NCBI RefSeq assembly: GCF_964213995.1
Contig: NW_027590140.1
Location: forward strand, 62,001-126,000
Length of the DNA: 64,000 bases
Direction: 5' to 3'
Origin: Mustelus asterias
Lineage: Eukaryota
The position numbers and the translations under genes are program-made. A model generated the notes under the pieces. That model was not told the DNA's origin. It searched no databases and saw only the letters and a program-made list of their open reading frames with translations. The stretch's first letter is position 1, and every line of letters starts with the position of its first letter. This document shows positions 1 through 12,466 of this stretch, in pieces.

Positions 1-329
1 CAGCAATGGGCTGAGGCTGAAAGTTTTCACTCAAGAATTGAGAAGCGGGTGAGTAACACCCACTTCTCTTCTCATTGGTTCTTCGCCGCGTGCGTCATCA
101 GTTGACATTGAATCATCTAAAACAAATAAGCTAACGATTCAACCAATAATATCAAACTCCTTGGATCTTCAATTCCTAACCTCGACACGGAGTGGAAGGT
201 GATTTTATTCATCTTAACCTGAGTACTTTCTGTGGAATAATTCCAACGTTGGTCCTTCAGCAGCTCAATCTGTACAGCGGAGTCAGAGAAGGAAAACAAT
301 GAATGAAACAGTGAATGTATGGCCACATT

Positions 330-650
330 CCCCTACAACTCAATTTTCAAGTTTGCTGATGACACCACCGTGGTGGGTCGGATTTCAAATAATGATGAGG
401 CAGGAAAGAGATGGAGAATCTGGTGAACTGGTGCGAGGACAGTAGTCGCTCCCTGAATGTCAGTTAAACGAAAGAGATAGTCATCGACTTCATTAAGCGT
501 AGTGGAGGACATGCCCTATCGACATCAACGGGGATGAAGTGGGAATGGTCGAGAGCTTCAAGGTTTCTCGATGTCCAGATCACCAACAACTCGTCCTGAT
601 CCGTCCACGCCGGCGCTATATATAAGAATGCCCACCAACACCTCTCAAGA
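330..650 (+). mobile_element. Rex1/Babar-type non-LTR retrotransposon RT fragment
   Basis: Translates KFADDTTVVGRISNNDE...ENLVNWC...LNV..TKEIVIDF; same family as 57315-58330. Confidence 0.75.
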
Positions 651-818
651 GGCGCAGGGCTAGAACTTAGAACTATAACGTTTTCCTTTCACTGTCTCTA
701 GGTCGAAATGCGGAGCTCTCTCCCGAATAGTTTTGTGTATATACTTACAACACATGGACTGCAGCAGTCCAAGACGGCAGCTCACTATCACTTTTACAAA
801 GGCAATTAGTGATGGGCA

Positions 819-2054
819 ATCATAGAGTCATAGAGATTTGCAGCATGGAAAAAAGGCCCTTCGAAACAAATTGTCCATGCCGCCCATTTTTTTAAACCTC
901 TAAGCTAATCCCACTTGCCCGCATTTGGCACATATCCCTCTATACCCATCGTACCCATGTAACTATCTACATGCTTTTTAAAAGGCAAAATTGTACCCGC
1001 CTCTACTACTACCTCTGGCAGCTTGTTCCAGACACCTACCATCCTCTGTGTGAAACAATTGCCCTTCTGAACACTTTTATATCTCTCCCCTCACACCTTA
1101 AACCTATGCCCTCTAGTTTAAAAAAAACACCTACCTTTGGGAAAAGATATTGACTATCTAGCTGATCTGTGCCCCTCATTTTATAGACCTCTATAAGATC
1201 ACCCCTCAGCCTCCTACGCTCCAGAGGAAAAAGTCCCAGTTTATCCAGCCTCTCCTTCTAACTCAATCCATCAAGTCCCGGTAGCATCCTCGTAAATCTT
1301 TTCTGCACTTCTTCTAGTTTAATAATATCCTTTCTATAATAGGGTGACCAGAATTGCACACAGTATTCCAAGTGTGGCCTGACCAATGTCTTGTACAACT
1401 TCAACAAGACATTCCAACTCCTGTATTCAATGTTGTGACCGATGAAACCATGCGTGCCAAATGTCTTCTTCACCACTCTGTCCACCTGTGACCCCACTTT
1501 CAAGGAGCTATGAACATGTACCCCAAGATCTCTCTGTAACTCTCCCCAACGCCCTACCATTAACTGAGTAAGTCCTGCCCTGGTTCAATCTACCTAAATG
1601 CATCACCTCGCATTTGTCTAAATTAAACTCCATCTGCCATTCATCAGCCCACTCGCCCAATTGATAAAGATCCCGTTGCAATTGGAGATAACTTTCTTCA
1701 CTGTCCACTATGCCACCAATCTAAGTGTCATCTGCAAACTTAGTAACCATGCCCCCTATATTCTCATCCAAATCATTAATATAAATGACAATAACAGTGG
1801 ACCCAGCACTGATCCTTGAGGCACACCGCTGGTCACATGCCTCCAGTTTGAAAAACAACTCTCTACAACCACCCTCTGGTTTCTGTCAATGAGCCAATTT
1901 TGTATCCATTTAGATACCTCACCCTAAATCCCGTGAGATTTAACCTTATGCAACAATCTGCCATGCGGTTCCTTGTCAAAGGCCCTGCTAAAGTCCGTGT
2001 AGACAACATCAACTGCACGGCCCTCATCTACCTTCTTGGTTACCCCTTCAAAAA
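819..2054 (-). mobile_element. CR1/HER1-type LINE, 3' fragment (RT C-terminus, 3'UTR, tail)
   Basis: Minus-strand ORFs WQMEFNLDKCEVMH and LYKTLVRPHLEYCVQFWSP; (CTCTATGA)n-like tail at about 821-835. Confidence 0.9.
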
Positions 2055-2309
2055 TACAGCTTTGACAATAACGTTCACTTTTACTAAAGATGAAAAGAAC
2101 ACAACCTCTTACCCATTACGTCAATCAAACCAACAACTGAACCAACCTCCTCATGCCCCCTTCGGCGAATGCGTTTAAATTTCATGAAATTTAATTCAGA
2201 ATATGTGGGCGACTCGGGGTAACTTGCACCTTCGAAAGACAGATAGAGATGAAATAGTAAATTACCGCAAACGACTGTCAGATTGTATGAATCGTTTTTT
2301 TTCACACTT

Positions 2310-2520
2310 GGCACAGTGGTTAGCACTGCTGCCTCACAACTCCAGGGACTTGGGTCATTGTCTGTGTGAAGTTTGCACATTCTCCCCGTGTCTGCGTGGA
2401 TTTCCTCCGGGTGCTCCGGTTTCCTCCCACAGTCTAAAGATGTGCGGGTTAGGTTGATTGGCCGTGCTAAATTGCCCCTTTGTGAATAGCCTGCACTGTA
2501 GGGATTCCATGATTCTATTT
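2310..2520 (+). mobile_element. HE1-type tRNA-derived SINE
   Basis: GGCACAGTGGTTAGCACTGCTGCCTCAC head and CCTCCGGGTGCTCCGGTTTCCTCCCACAGTC core, shared with several copies in the window. Confidence 0.85.
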
Positions 2521-2570
2521 CACCGATGCTATAATGTACATTGGCAACTTCTGTCCTGCCAAGAGGCGAG

Positions 2571-2913
2571 GGTTTCTTGCCGTGAATCTAACTTTTTATC
2601 ACTGTATGCCTCAGGGAGCAGAAATAAATTGCAGTGCCTCTCAGTTACAGCCCAGAGATGGGGAAAGTGAATTTTCTTGTCAAGCTGTTAAATTGCCCAA
2701 AAGAAGTATTTGGCAAAACCTGTCTCATCGCTGAACCTCCCGCGTATTTTATCAGAATAAGCTCTGGCTTTGTTTCAGGAATGTTGCCGGTAGCAGTATA
2801 AATCATTGCTGTCGCTCGGTGCAGGATTATAGATGGAGGTTAAAGTCACCGCTTCTCCTTCTGTCTTAACTCCTGAGAATAGCAGCTGCTGATAGCGTTT
2901 CCATGACTCAGAT
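2571..2913 (-). pseudogene. TCR alpha/delta-type V pseudogene (family of the 12.1 kb V)
   Basis: Reverse strand ttccag|ATCTGAGTCATGGA...GVKTEGEAVTL...YFCSLR with frameshifts and stops; degenerate RSS TACAGTG (2600-2606) and CAAGAAACC (2571-2579); probable decayed leader at about 3108-3157. Confidence 0.75.
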
Positions 2914-4089
2914 CTGGAAAAAAATGTTCCAATGGTGAAAGGTCAAACATGCGAGAATTTAAAAATCAGATTCGCAACATGTTGGAAGTAAAAGGACAAG
3001 TAAAATGTTTTGGATCCGCTAATGTCGTAATTGCCACCATTTTACAAATAAGAATACATTGTTTAGTGCGGTTAGGGGGAGAGTGGAGTATTACTCGGGA
3101 GGAAATACTAACTGAGATGTTACAGAGTTAGCAGGAAGGAAAGAGATAGTTCCGAATGTCGCTCCCGTTGTCTGTAACTCTGCAGACAATGAACTACTCT
3201 GTCAAAGCAAGTGCAGGTCCCCAACCACAGAACTACTCAGCCAACCGATGGCAGCCAGTGGATAGGTGCATCAATCTCCCCACTTCAGAGACAAGGGCAG
3301 GCAGGTCAAATGGAAACTTCCGACAATTGGCGCTGTTTACCTCCTGGGGTCTGTGCTTAAGAAATGATCGCGCTGTTCTCACTTTCTATCTCGTGTTGAA
3401 GTATTTCTATCTGTGAAACAAATCAACCCAAAAGACAGATTCTGGCCGGTGTGACTCGCTACAGAGGGTCATGTGTTTCTCTCAATTAGGTCCCCACCCA
3501 AGTGTCTGACTGGTACCTACAACAATATTAGATACATCATGTAGTAAAAACATTTCCTGCAATTTTACTCCAATTTTAATTGTAGACAGGGACTCGGGGA
3601 CACGGGTTCGAAGTGAAAAGTGCAATTCTGGGATAATATCGAAAAATGCTTCTCATTCACAGAAAGTGGTAAATGTGCGAAATAAATTGCCGGTTTGAAT
3701 GGAAGGTGGCTGGAACCCTAGATATTTAAGGAGATGTTTGCAGATATATTCGTACAGGGAGTTACGACATTTCCGTAAGTGGCTACATGACCTCCCTCAA
3801 TCCCAGTGATCACATGTACTGGAATGCACCAGGAACGTTATAGTGTCCAAAATGTCAACGCACAATTCTGAAGTTGCTCAGTTGGATGGGCGGCAGTTTT
3901 CAAGTTAGAAATAGAGGAACATTATGCTTATCAGAACTGGGGAAAATGTTACAGATGTAAAAGGTTTTAACATTTGCAGTGGTCGGTAAAGGCGGAAGAG
4001 CAGAAAGAGCGAAAGAGCAGGTCAGTAATTCAGTGAGAGTGGGCTTTATGGTGAGGAAATCATCCGCATTCTTTAATTTAAGGTTGATA

Positions 4090-4655
4090 TTCCAATGTCT
4101 CGAATTAGACATTTGGTCTATGCTCAAATGCAGTAAGATCTGGACAATACAAAGGTTTGGCCTGATAAGTGCAAGCAACATTCATGTCACACAAGTTCCA
4201 GGCAATGACCATCTCCAAAAGGAGAGGATTTAATCAACTTTCATTTATATTTAATGGAACTACCATCGCTGGATCATCCCTCCTGCTCCCCCACCCACCC
4301 CACCCCCATCAAAATCCTGGGAGCTGACCGAAAATGAACTGGACCCAGGAATTTAAATACAGTGGCTACCAGAGCTGATCAAAGGTAGGAATCCTGCGGC
4401 GAGTAACTCACCTCCTGACTCCCCAAAGCCTGTCCACCATCTATAAGGTACAAGTCAGGAGTGAGATGGAATACTCTCTAATTGCTTGGATGAGTTTAGC
4501 TCCAAGAACACTCAAGAGGCTCGACACGATACAGGAAACATCAGCCCGCTTGATTTCTACCCATTCCATGAACATCCATTCTTGCCACCACAGACGAACA
4601 GTGGCAGCCGTGTGCACCATCTACAAGATACACTGCAGCAACTCACCAAGGCTTT
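4090..4655 (+). mobile_element. CR1/L2-clade LINE RT 3' fragment (second family)
   Basis: HLLTPQSLSTIYKVQVRSEMEYS motif; similar copy at 20925-21380. Confidence 0.75.
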
Positions 4656-5015
4656 TTTTTTACGCAGCACAATCCAAACACACGAGTCTCTGTGCCCCGG
4701 ATTTATAATAATAGTCGTGTTGTTAAGTGAGTCTATGTACCGGTTATTCGACATCTCATTTGTTATGAACTACAGCAGACTTTGATCCATTCTGCACTTA
4801 AGCATAGGAACGAATGCCGAGGAGTCGGTGTCCATGGGCTCATCTGAGTTAACAATTCTGAATGAACAGCCGGCAATTGTCTGCCATATTGCCTCCACTT
4901 TTGAAAGCATCCTTCAGCTGATAGCTAGATACTCCTGGTATCTCCTTACTATATAAATCGCGGCATGGAGCTTAGTCTCGAGATTTCCCAAAGTGCTTCT
5001 CTGATGATTTGAACA

Positions 5016-5160
5016 AGATGTGGAGATGCCGGCGTTGGACTGGGGTAGAAAGAGTAAGAGTTTTAACAACACCAGGTTAAAGTCCAACAGGTTTATTTGG
5101 TAGCAAATGCCATTCGCGTTCGGAGCCCTGCTCCTTCGTCAGATGGAGTGGAAATCTGCT
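5016..5160. mobile_element. Short interspersed repeat, probably a Penelope-like terminal fragment
   Basis: GATGTGGAGATGCCGGCGTTGGACTGGGG...CACCAGGTTAAAGTCCAACAGGTTTATTTGGTAGC; reverse-orientation copy at 19004-19117. Confidence 0.6.
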
Positions 5161-5210
5161 CACATGTGTGCCTTGTTTGTTAACTTCATAGAGTTGTAAA
5201 TACCCGCTGA

Positions 5211-5748
5211 GGTTTTTGTACGGGTTTTAGCTGTAATCTAATGCTGTGCCTCACTGCACAGTAATAGACTGCCACGTCCTCCAAACTGGGGGCGCTTATA
5301 TTGAGGTGACCGTTCTATGTGGACTTGTCAGCAGCCGCCAGATATCATCCTGGAACTTCATTTTCTTTCACGACTAATGTTTTGGTAATAATCCCTCTCG
5401 GTGGCTGTGCAGGTTTCTGCTAATACCATTGCATGTATCTCATATACTCGTCTGTATAGTTACAATCGAGCTGCACCGAATCCCCTTGTGATGCGGTTAT
5501 TGCCACCGGTGACTGAGTTACTGGATCTGCGTACAGTCCACCTGTGAAGGTAGAGGAAAGAAATATCAAGACCTCATGTAAATTTGTTTTCTATAGGCGA
5601 TAGTTTGTGCAACCTCCCACCTACGCCGCACATGGATGTTTCTGATGGTTGATTAAATTGCCATCTGTGTGTATAAATATGTTCACGTGGCTTGATGAAT
5701 GTTATCTGGTACTAACTGCATGAGCGCCACCAGAATGATCAGCAGAAT
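5211..5748 (-). pseudogene. TCR V pseudogene, inverted paralog of the 23871-24456 V
   Basis: V exon 5249-5541 (293 nt, same length as paralog) GLYADPVTQSPVAITASQGDSVQLDCNY...WY*QK...VYYCAVR with 3 stops; leader ATG changed to ATT and donor damaged; RSS CACAGCA-22 nt-ACAAAAACC. Confidence 0.92.
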
Positions 5749-6249
5749 GTTCGAGTGAATCTCTTTCAGTGAATGAGAATGGACGGAATCAGAGAGTGAG
5801 AAAGAGAGAGGGAACCCAGGCTCTGTTCAGTTGATTGCAGCGTGTGACTGAGTGTATGACAATTTGTCTGTGTGGATGTGATTGTGGGGAGGGGAAGGGG
5901 AGTCTATTGTGACCTCACTAGCCTACCATCCATACAGGCTCTAGTGATAATGTCACGTGAGATTGTATCACCACCCCCCTCCCCAACATCTCTCCCCTCT
6001 CCAAAACCGGGCTTGAAATTGGCGCCCTCTGCTGACAAATGTTGCTTAATGCAAGTTCGCATTTGGCTGTTGAGTGGATTCAGGGTTTACCCCAATCCAT
6101 ACCAAGACACAAATGCTGCCCAGAAATCCGAATTAGTGTCTTTGCTACGTTTCCTGCTTATATCGTAAAATGGTGCTGAACCTGCGGACATCATTCCTGG
6201 AATTCTCTGTTCAAATCCTGGGTACACCGAAGTCTAGAGCATACCAAGA

Positions 6250-6585
6250 CTTTGGAAAAAGTGCCGGGTTGGGGAAGGTGTTTCCATGTAAGTAAAAGAG
6301 ACGAGGATCCAAGGGAACAGCCTCAGAGTAAATGGACGAACGTTTAAATCAGAGATGAGGAGGAATTTCTTCAGCCAGTGGGTGGTGAAATGATGGAATT
6401 CATTGCCACAGAAGGGTCTGGAGGTCAGGTCATTGAGTAGATATGTTTTTGATTTGTAAGGGGATCAAAGTTTCCGGAAAAAGGCGGGAGAATGGGGATG
6501 GGAAACTTAGCAGACACGATTGAATGGCGGAACAGACTCCATGGGTCGACTGGTCTAATGCCACTGTTATAGCTTATCGTCTTAA
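6250..6585 (+). mobile_element. CR1 3' fragment
   Basis: EMRRNFFSQWVVK*WNSLP followed by CR1 3'UTR; absent from the paralogous 23.4 kb region. Confidence 0.75.
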
Positions 6586-6724
6586 GAGCTTATGGTTATA
6601 AATCAGAATAGTGCCAGTGATCAACAGACTAATTTGGTTTATTTTGCTTACAAACAGGAAGGTACAAAGGCGACTCAGTTGATATGTTTAGAATTTTCCC
6701 CTTTTCAGAGAGTAAAATTTAATA

Positions 6725-6815
6725 TTATCGATACATTGTAAAGTCCCCGCTTCTCCTTCTGTCTTCAATGCTGAGGACAGCGGCTGAGTGACAGAATCTC
6801 AATGACCCATATCTG
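6725..6815 (-). pseudogene. 5' fragment of a TCR V exon
   Basis: ttccag|ATATGGGTCATTGAGATTCTGTCACTCAGCCGCTGTCCTCAGCATTGAAGACAGAAGGAGAAGCG (DSVTQPLSSALKTEGE); inverted paralog at 23147-23240. Confidence 0.7.
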
Positions 6816-7714
6816 GAAAAGGGTTGTCTTTGGAGGAGTTGGACTCATGAGAAAAGATTCTCCACCTCTGTGCGGTCTAAAATTTGAAAAAGAATGCCAT
6901 AAATAAAATCGCGGTAGAATTTATGATCGGGAATGTTTGAACAAACTTGAGTCCCGAAGGGTCACAGGAGGAAGAAAGCTTCACCTTGTAGTTCCATGCC
7001 GCCGCCACCAGAGGGCAGTTGGATACCGGATTGGGTTTCATGTCGGGGCGAATTCCAGACTCACAACCGCAGCCAGTAACAATATTGAGAAAATGTAACT
7101 AAAAGAACAAATGTCGAAACAGAAATATTATACTAGCATTGACAGCAAAAATATATTGCTTCACGGGATATAATATTATAACGTTCGTATAATTTGAACC
7201 AGTTTCAACCAGTTATATCCAGTATTTGTCGTTATACAACATATAATATCAATACATTTATTTAACGCAGGTGTCCTCATTCTGAATTGAATATCTCTGA
7301 AATATACAACATTTAATTGCAAACATGACTGACCAACAAAAGAAATCGAGTCACTGCGTAATACACATGCCATGCTGCTTATTTGAGATTGACCGCACTC
7401 ATCATTGTTTAAACAAAATCAAGTACTTTTAAAAAGGAAGAGATTTAGGAGTGATCTATTAACTATGTCAATCTGCACCATTATATTTTGCTGTACACTG
7501 AACGAGATGCTAATATGTACACGTTGTCAAAATAGAAAATTGTATTTCCTGTCAGTGCTTCAAAAAAAATCATAATTTCTTATCTTACAGAAAGCATCTG
7601 AGGTCGGGGTCAGAGCAAAGGTACAATGGCTGCAACATCGAGATTCGGACAATGTTCAGCAACAAACTGAAATCATACAGATTTCTCTCACCGTACATGA
7701 GGAAGCTGAATGAA

Positions 7715-7764
7715 CGCGTCTGTTCCGTTTTGTGCGAACTCGATAACCACTGCACTACCGAAAC
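7715..7764 (-). pseudogene. Heavily decayed tRNA-Val remnant in a repeat unit
   Basis: Reverse complement GTTTCGGTAGTGCAGTGGTTATCGAGTTCGC matches the tRNA-Val 5' half; flanks homologous to the 16.4-18.6 kb units. Confidence 0.65.
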
Positions 7765-8476
7765 AAATGACAGTGTAACACGCCAATTGGCCTGACCATA
7801 ATGCTCAACTCCTCTGTGTTGCTGCAGGTTCTCATGGTTAGATTGAGAGGCCATGTCACTTAATAGATGAACACATCCGTTACTTTCAATCTGATATTTC
7901 AACTTATCTTGTACTTGAAAATTAAAAAGCGTCCGTCCGCAGCTGTCTAAGGGAGTCATCCAGACACGAAACGTTGGCTCCAGTCTCTCTCCAGTGATGC
8001 TGTCAGACTTGCTGATATTTTCCAGCATTTTCTGTTTTTGCTTGTTGAAACCCCGTGATGTTAAATGCGAGAGTATCGCAAAATCCAGGAGAAACCTCAA
8101 AAACAAAAGAAAATGGAAGCAGCCGTTGAAATAATAAAATCAAAGCAATAAAACCCATAATAAACGCCCATACTACTCAGGCAGCGAAATCACACAGTAA
8201 TCCTGCATAATAAACTGAGAATCGCTGTTTCACAGACAATGTTCCGCTAGATGGCGCCCAGGACCTCATATTTAACTAAAACCTGCAAAGGGGTCAGTTC
8301 GTTGCTTGTTATAGCTGCCAGCAGAGTAGTAGGGGAAATATTCCTAGGCCGTTACACTTCCTTGCAATCGATAGCATGTTTAGGGCAAAAGATTGGATAT
8401 GGCACAATTGCACCGCAGGAGTTTTCTGCCGCAGTGGTCGGATCCTCATTCAGGTTCAAGTGCCTTCATTGAATCG

Positions 8477-9185
8477 TAGAATCATAGAATCATACAGCGC
8501 AGAAGATGGGCTCTTCGGCCCATCGAGGCCACGTTGTTACATTAAATACCAGAACTCCCACCTAATCTCATCTGCCAGCGCTTGGACAATCGCCCTGAAT
8601 GTTATGATGTACCAAGTGCTTATCCAGACACTTTTTTAAAGGACGTAAGGCAAACCGCCATCACCATTCTCCCAGGCAGCGTACTCTAGACTGTCACCAC
8701 CCTCTGGCTAAAAAGGTTTTCCTCACATTCCCCTGAAACCTCCTGCCCCTCACCTTGAACCTATTTCGCCTCATGACTGACCCTTCAATTAAGGGGAATA
8801 ACTGCTCTTTATCCACTCTGTCCATGTATCTCATAATCTTGTACACCTCGATCAGGTCGCCCCTCAGTTTTCTCTGCTCCAACGAAAACAAACCAAGCCT
8901 ACCAAACTCGCTTCATAACTTAAATATTCTATCCCACGTAGTATGCTGGTAAACATCTTCTGCACTTCCTCCAGTGCAATCACATCCTTCCGAGAATGTG
9001 GCGGCCAGAACTGCAACGGTACTCTAGCTGTGACCTCACCAAAGTTCTACACAAGTCCAACATGAGTTCCCTGCTTTTGCAACCTACGTCACGATTGACA
9101 AAGTCAAGTGTCCTGTATGCCTTTTTCACCACCCTACTAACATACTCTTCCACTTTCAGACATATGTGGACAAACACAAAGTTCC
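8477..9185 (-). mobile_element. CR1 3' fragment
   Basis: LCRTLVRSQLEY and LRGDLIEVYKIM ORF pieces; TAGAATCATAGAATCAT tail on the + strand. Confidence 0.85.
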
Positions 9186-10277
9186 ATTCGTTCCACATAA
9201 CACAAACTACCAATCGTGATGGTCACGTTCATAACGTGGTCGAACATGTTGATTATCAGCCTGTAAATCCTTTCAGTCTTGCTGATGGCAGGTGATGGGG
9301 ACGGAACAGATTCCTGGTCAATAATACTGCGGAAGTCAATGGCAAACCGCTGGAGTGCTTTGAAACCACAAAGTGATCAAATTGAAGTCCATGGCGACCA
9401 ATGCCCCATTGGGGCATGGTAACTGGGAGAGGAGGAGGTGGATGACACAGGAGGCTTAGAGAGTGGGCTCTACAAATAACTGCATTCCAATGTCACTAAG
9501 CAATCTGGGTAACAAGGTTTGCACAACGTTGCACATCAATAAACAAATCTTCTTAAAAATAACGGTGTCCACTGATCCTTATTTGTTAACCAACAAAACC
9601 ACAGTCTTCCATTATAAATTAATGTCGGTACTTGAAATTTTGATTAAATTAACCCGTCAGGCCTGCTTCGACAGCACCTTCCGAATCCGGAATCTCTTTC
9701 ATCTCTAAGGATAAGAGGAACAGATGCACGGGAACACCACATTCTGTGGCACCACTTCAAGCCACACACCATCCTCATTTTGAACCATATCGCCGTTCCC
9801 TTGCGTCAAAATTCTGGAAATCGTTTTGTGCTTTGGATTACAGGCAGAGGACAACCAATTCGAAAAGTATGGAAGGAGAAATGAAAGAAGGTGTGTCATT
9901 ACGAGTGCGAAATACAAAGCCAACTGATGGGGGGAGGACAGAAAGGAAGAGATTCAGAAATGACACAGAATGCACTGTTCTTTCAATTCATTTATATTTC
10001 CCTCGCGTCTGTTTATATAGTTCAATTGTTTGAAAACACGTCTCTCAATAAAAGGCCGCTGGAATCTGCCCATCGACAACCTTGCACTTGCCGACAGTGT
10101 CACGTACTCTGAGTCACCGTCAGAGGGCGCAGTCGTCACATGTTTCTCCAAGCTTGAAATGACGCGGGCAATGTCTTTGGTACCATTGGCATACCGTTGC
10201 TATTGGCAACAAAACCCACAGTCTCTCTCTCTCCCCCTCTCTCTGGCCCACCTCACGTATCCTGCATTACTGAATGG

Positions 10278-10480
10278 GCGGTACGGTGGCACAGTGTTAG
10301 CATTGCTGCCTTACAACGCAAGGAATCCAGATTCAATTCCGGCCTTGGGTGACTGTGCGGAGTTTGCACGTTCTCTCCGTGTCTGCCTGGGTTTTCTCCA
10401 GATGCTACGGTTTCCTCTCACAGTCCAAAGATGTGCAGGTTAGGTGCATTGGTCATGCTAAATTGTCTCTTAGTGTTACG
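10278..10480 (+). mobile_element. HE1-type SINE
   Basis: GGCGGTACGGTGGCACAGTG-TTAGCATTGCTGCC head and conserved core. Confidence 0.8.
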
Positions 10481-11969
10481 GGGATATTTCCCGAACTGTA
10501 GAGTTATAGACTCGGGGAGAAGGAAGCAGAACCACAACGGACCTCTCCTCATCAATGTATCACTTTTCACTTCGCGTTTCCTTCCCAATTGAAAGTAAAG
10601 AATGTGCTATTCTCCTGAACGCTATAACTCAGGCATTGCCATTATTCAAATGAGATGAACTCTTTTTAAAAAATTATTCATTGGGCGTCGGTGACAGGAC
10701 AATATTTCTGTCCATCACCAATTGCCCTCGAACCAGGCTGGGATATTTGAGAGTTCGTTGTATTGTTGTTGTTCTGTAATCACACACAGTCCAGGCCATG
10801 CTAGGCTGGCATATTTCCTTCCACAAAGTGCATTAGTGAACTAGGTGAATTTGTAGTGAAATTTGTGGTGCGTTCAGGCACCATCGATGCGACTAGCTTT
10901 CAATATCAATTAATCACATTTAAATTTAACCTTTACTTTTCTAAATTTAAATTTTGACTACTTTTCTCCAAAATCGAATTGAAATATAACGAGTTGATAC
11001 GGTGGAATTTGAACTAATTTTCCCAAAGCATTACTCTGGGCTCGTGAACTACTTGTCCAGTGACCCCCATGTTGATAATGATTAAGAAGAAAAAGCGCAA
11101 GTTCTTAAAGTTGACACTTCCTAGTACATTATATCAGAATGGGACCACAACCACACAGTGCATCGGGTTGTCTCTGAGTGGACCTTTGAAGAAACGGCAA
11201 TGTCACAATTAGCTGCACCATGACAATTTCATATCCTAACCCTGCTGATTTCAGACATGGTCAGCTTTCAGGACAGCACCCACAGTACACGCTTTACATT
11301 ATCTCAGGAATAATATACAGGCAACTGGACTTCATTGCTTGGTTTCTCTGTACCTTTAGTAAAACAACGAAGATTGCAAGGTATCTCACAGCCTGTCCAC
11401 CGATAACTGAACATTCGAACATAAAAATTAGGCTGCCTGCAAATTTGCTCTACCATTCAGTCAGATTACAGTTCATCTGATCTTCCGTTTAAATCCACTT
11501 TTCTGCCTTGATCTTCGTGAACCGTGACATTAATTTTAGTTAAAATGTTGGTTTCACTCAGCTTTAAAAATCTTCTGTCCCATGGCCTCCACCGTTCTCT
11601 GGACTCTCACTGAGTCTCAGGCACCAATGCTCGGATGGTAAAGCTAAGAGAATGTGCACAGAACATTGATTGGAAATCCACCAAATCCATCAACACTCCT
11701 TGCTCCTCCGTTCCAATAACAAAATTAAGGTTTTTTTCTTGACATCCCGTTTCCAAAGCGGAACAATTCGCCCAACAGGGACACCGAATGGTTGGGGAGC
11801 TTCTATTCACTGACAGTCACCAGAGCAGTTACCAATCTCACGGTGACACTGGCGAGACACGAAACTGACGCGTGAGCATTCTGAGACACGTCATCAGATT
11901 ATTAAGGGTGGGGATTAGAATGGGTGTCTTCAAATATCGGATTCCCTCTTTACAGAGCGGACAGAGACA

Positions 11970-12427
11970 ATGGGGGTACTCGGCATCTGGATTGTGTGGG
12001 GGGCATTTCTAACAGGTATTTCTGGACATCACGTTTGTTTACTCATTTCCAAAACTTGGGTTGAATCTTACTGTTGAGTCACGTCACTCTATTCTTTATC
12101 TATTTGAACATATTTTCCAGGTCTGACCCATGGAGATTCTGTCACTCAGCCGCTGTCCTCAGATGTTAAGAGAGAAGGAGACGTGGTGACATTAAACTGC
12201 AACTATGATACTGCAGAAGCCGACTATTATTTATACTGGTATCGACAGCATCCAGACTCCCAGCCCGACTGCATACTGTGGAAGGATTCGGGGGATGATG
12301 AATATAAAGCAGATTTTGCTAAAATCCGTTTCTCGGCTGACCTCCAAACCTCGAAGAAATCCATCAGTTTGACTATCTCGGGTCTGCAGTTGTCTGACGC
12401 GGCCGTGTATTACTGCGCTTTCAGCCT
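11970..12427 (+). CDS. TRAV: TCR alpha/delta variable gene segment, apparently functional (leader 11970-12015; V exon 12121-12427)
   Basis: Leader MGVLGIWIVWGAFLT(G), phase-1 GT-AG intron, then LTHGDSVTQ...TLNCNY...LYWYRQ...LTISGLQLSDAAVYYCAFSL; open frame followed by an RSS. Alpha versus delta usage cannot be determined. Confidence 0.93.
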
Positions 12428-12466
12428 CACAGTGATGGAAAGCAGTTTGACTCCTGTACAAAAACT
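12428..12466 (+). promoter_or_regulatory. 23-RSS (recombination signal sequence)
   Basis: CACAGTG, 23 nt spacer, ACAAAAACT. Confidence 0.95.

Noticed and set aside
60-110. CCAAT plus CRE-like (TGACGCA) motifs on the minus strand, a possible promoter of a V outside the window; similar motifs at 18.9-19.2 kb
   Set aside because: Short motifs with no associated gene visible
7585-8106. 173 aa ORF, and the 136 aa ORF at 17655-18065
   Set aside because: They run through tRNA-repeat units and short repeats; the frame is not conserved between copies
11154-11190. Isolated CACAGTG heptamers (also about 43426 and in SINE heads)
   Set aside because: No nonamer at 12 or 23 nt spacing and no adjacent V, D or J sequence
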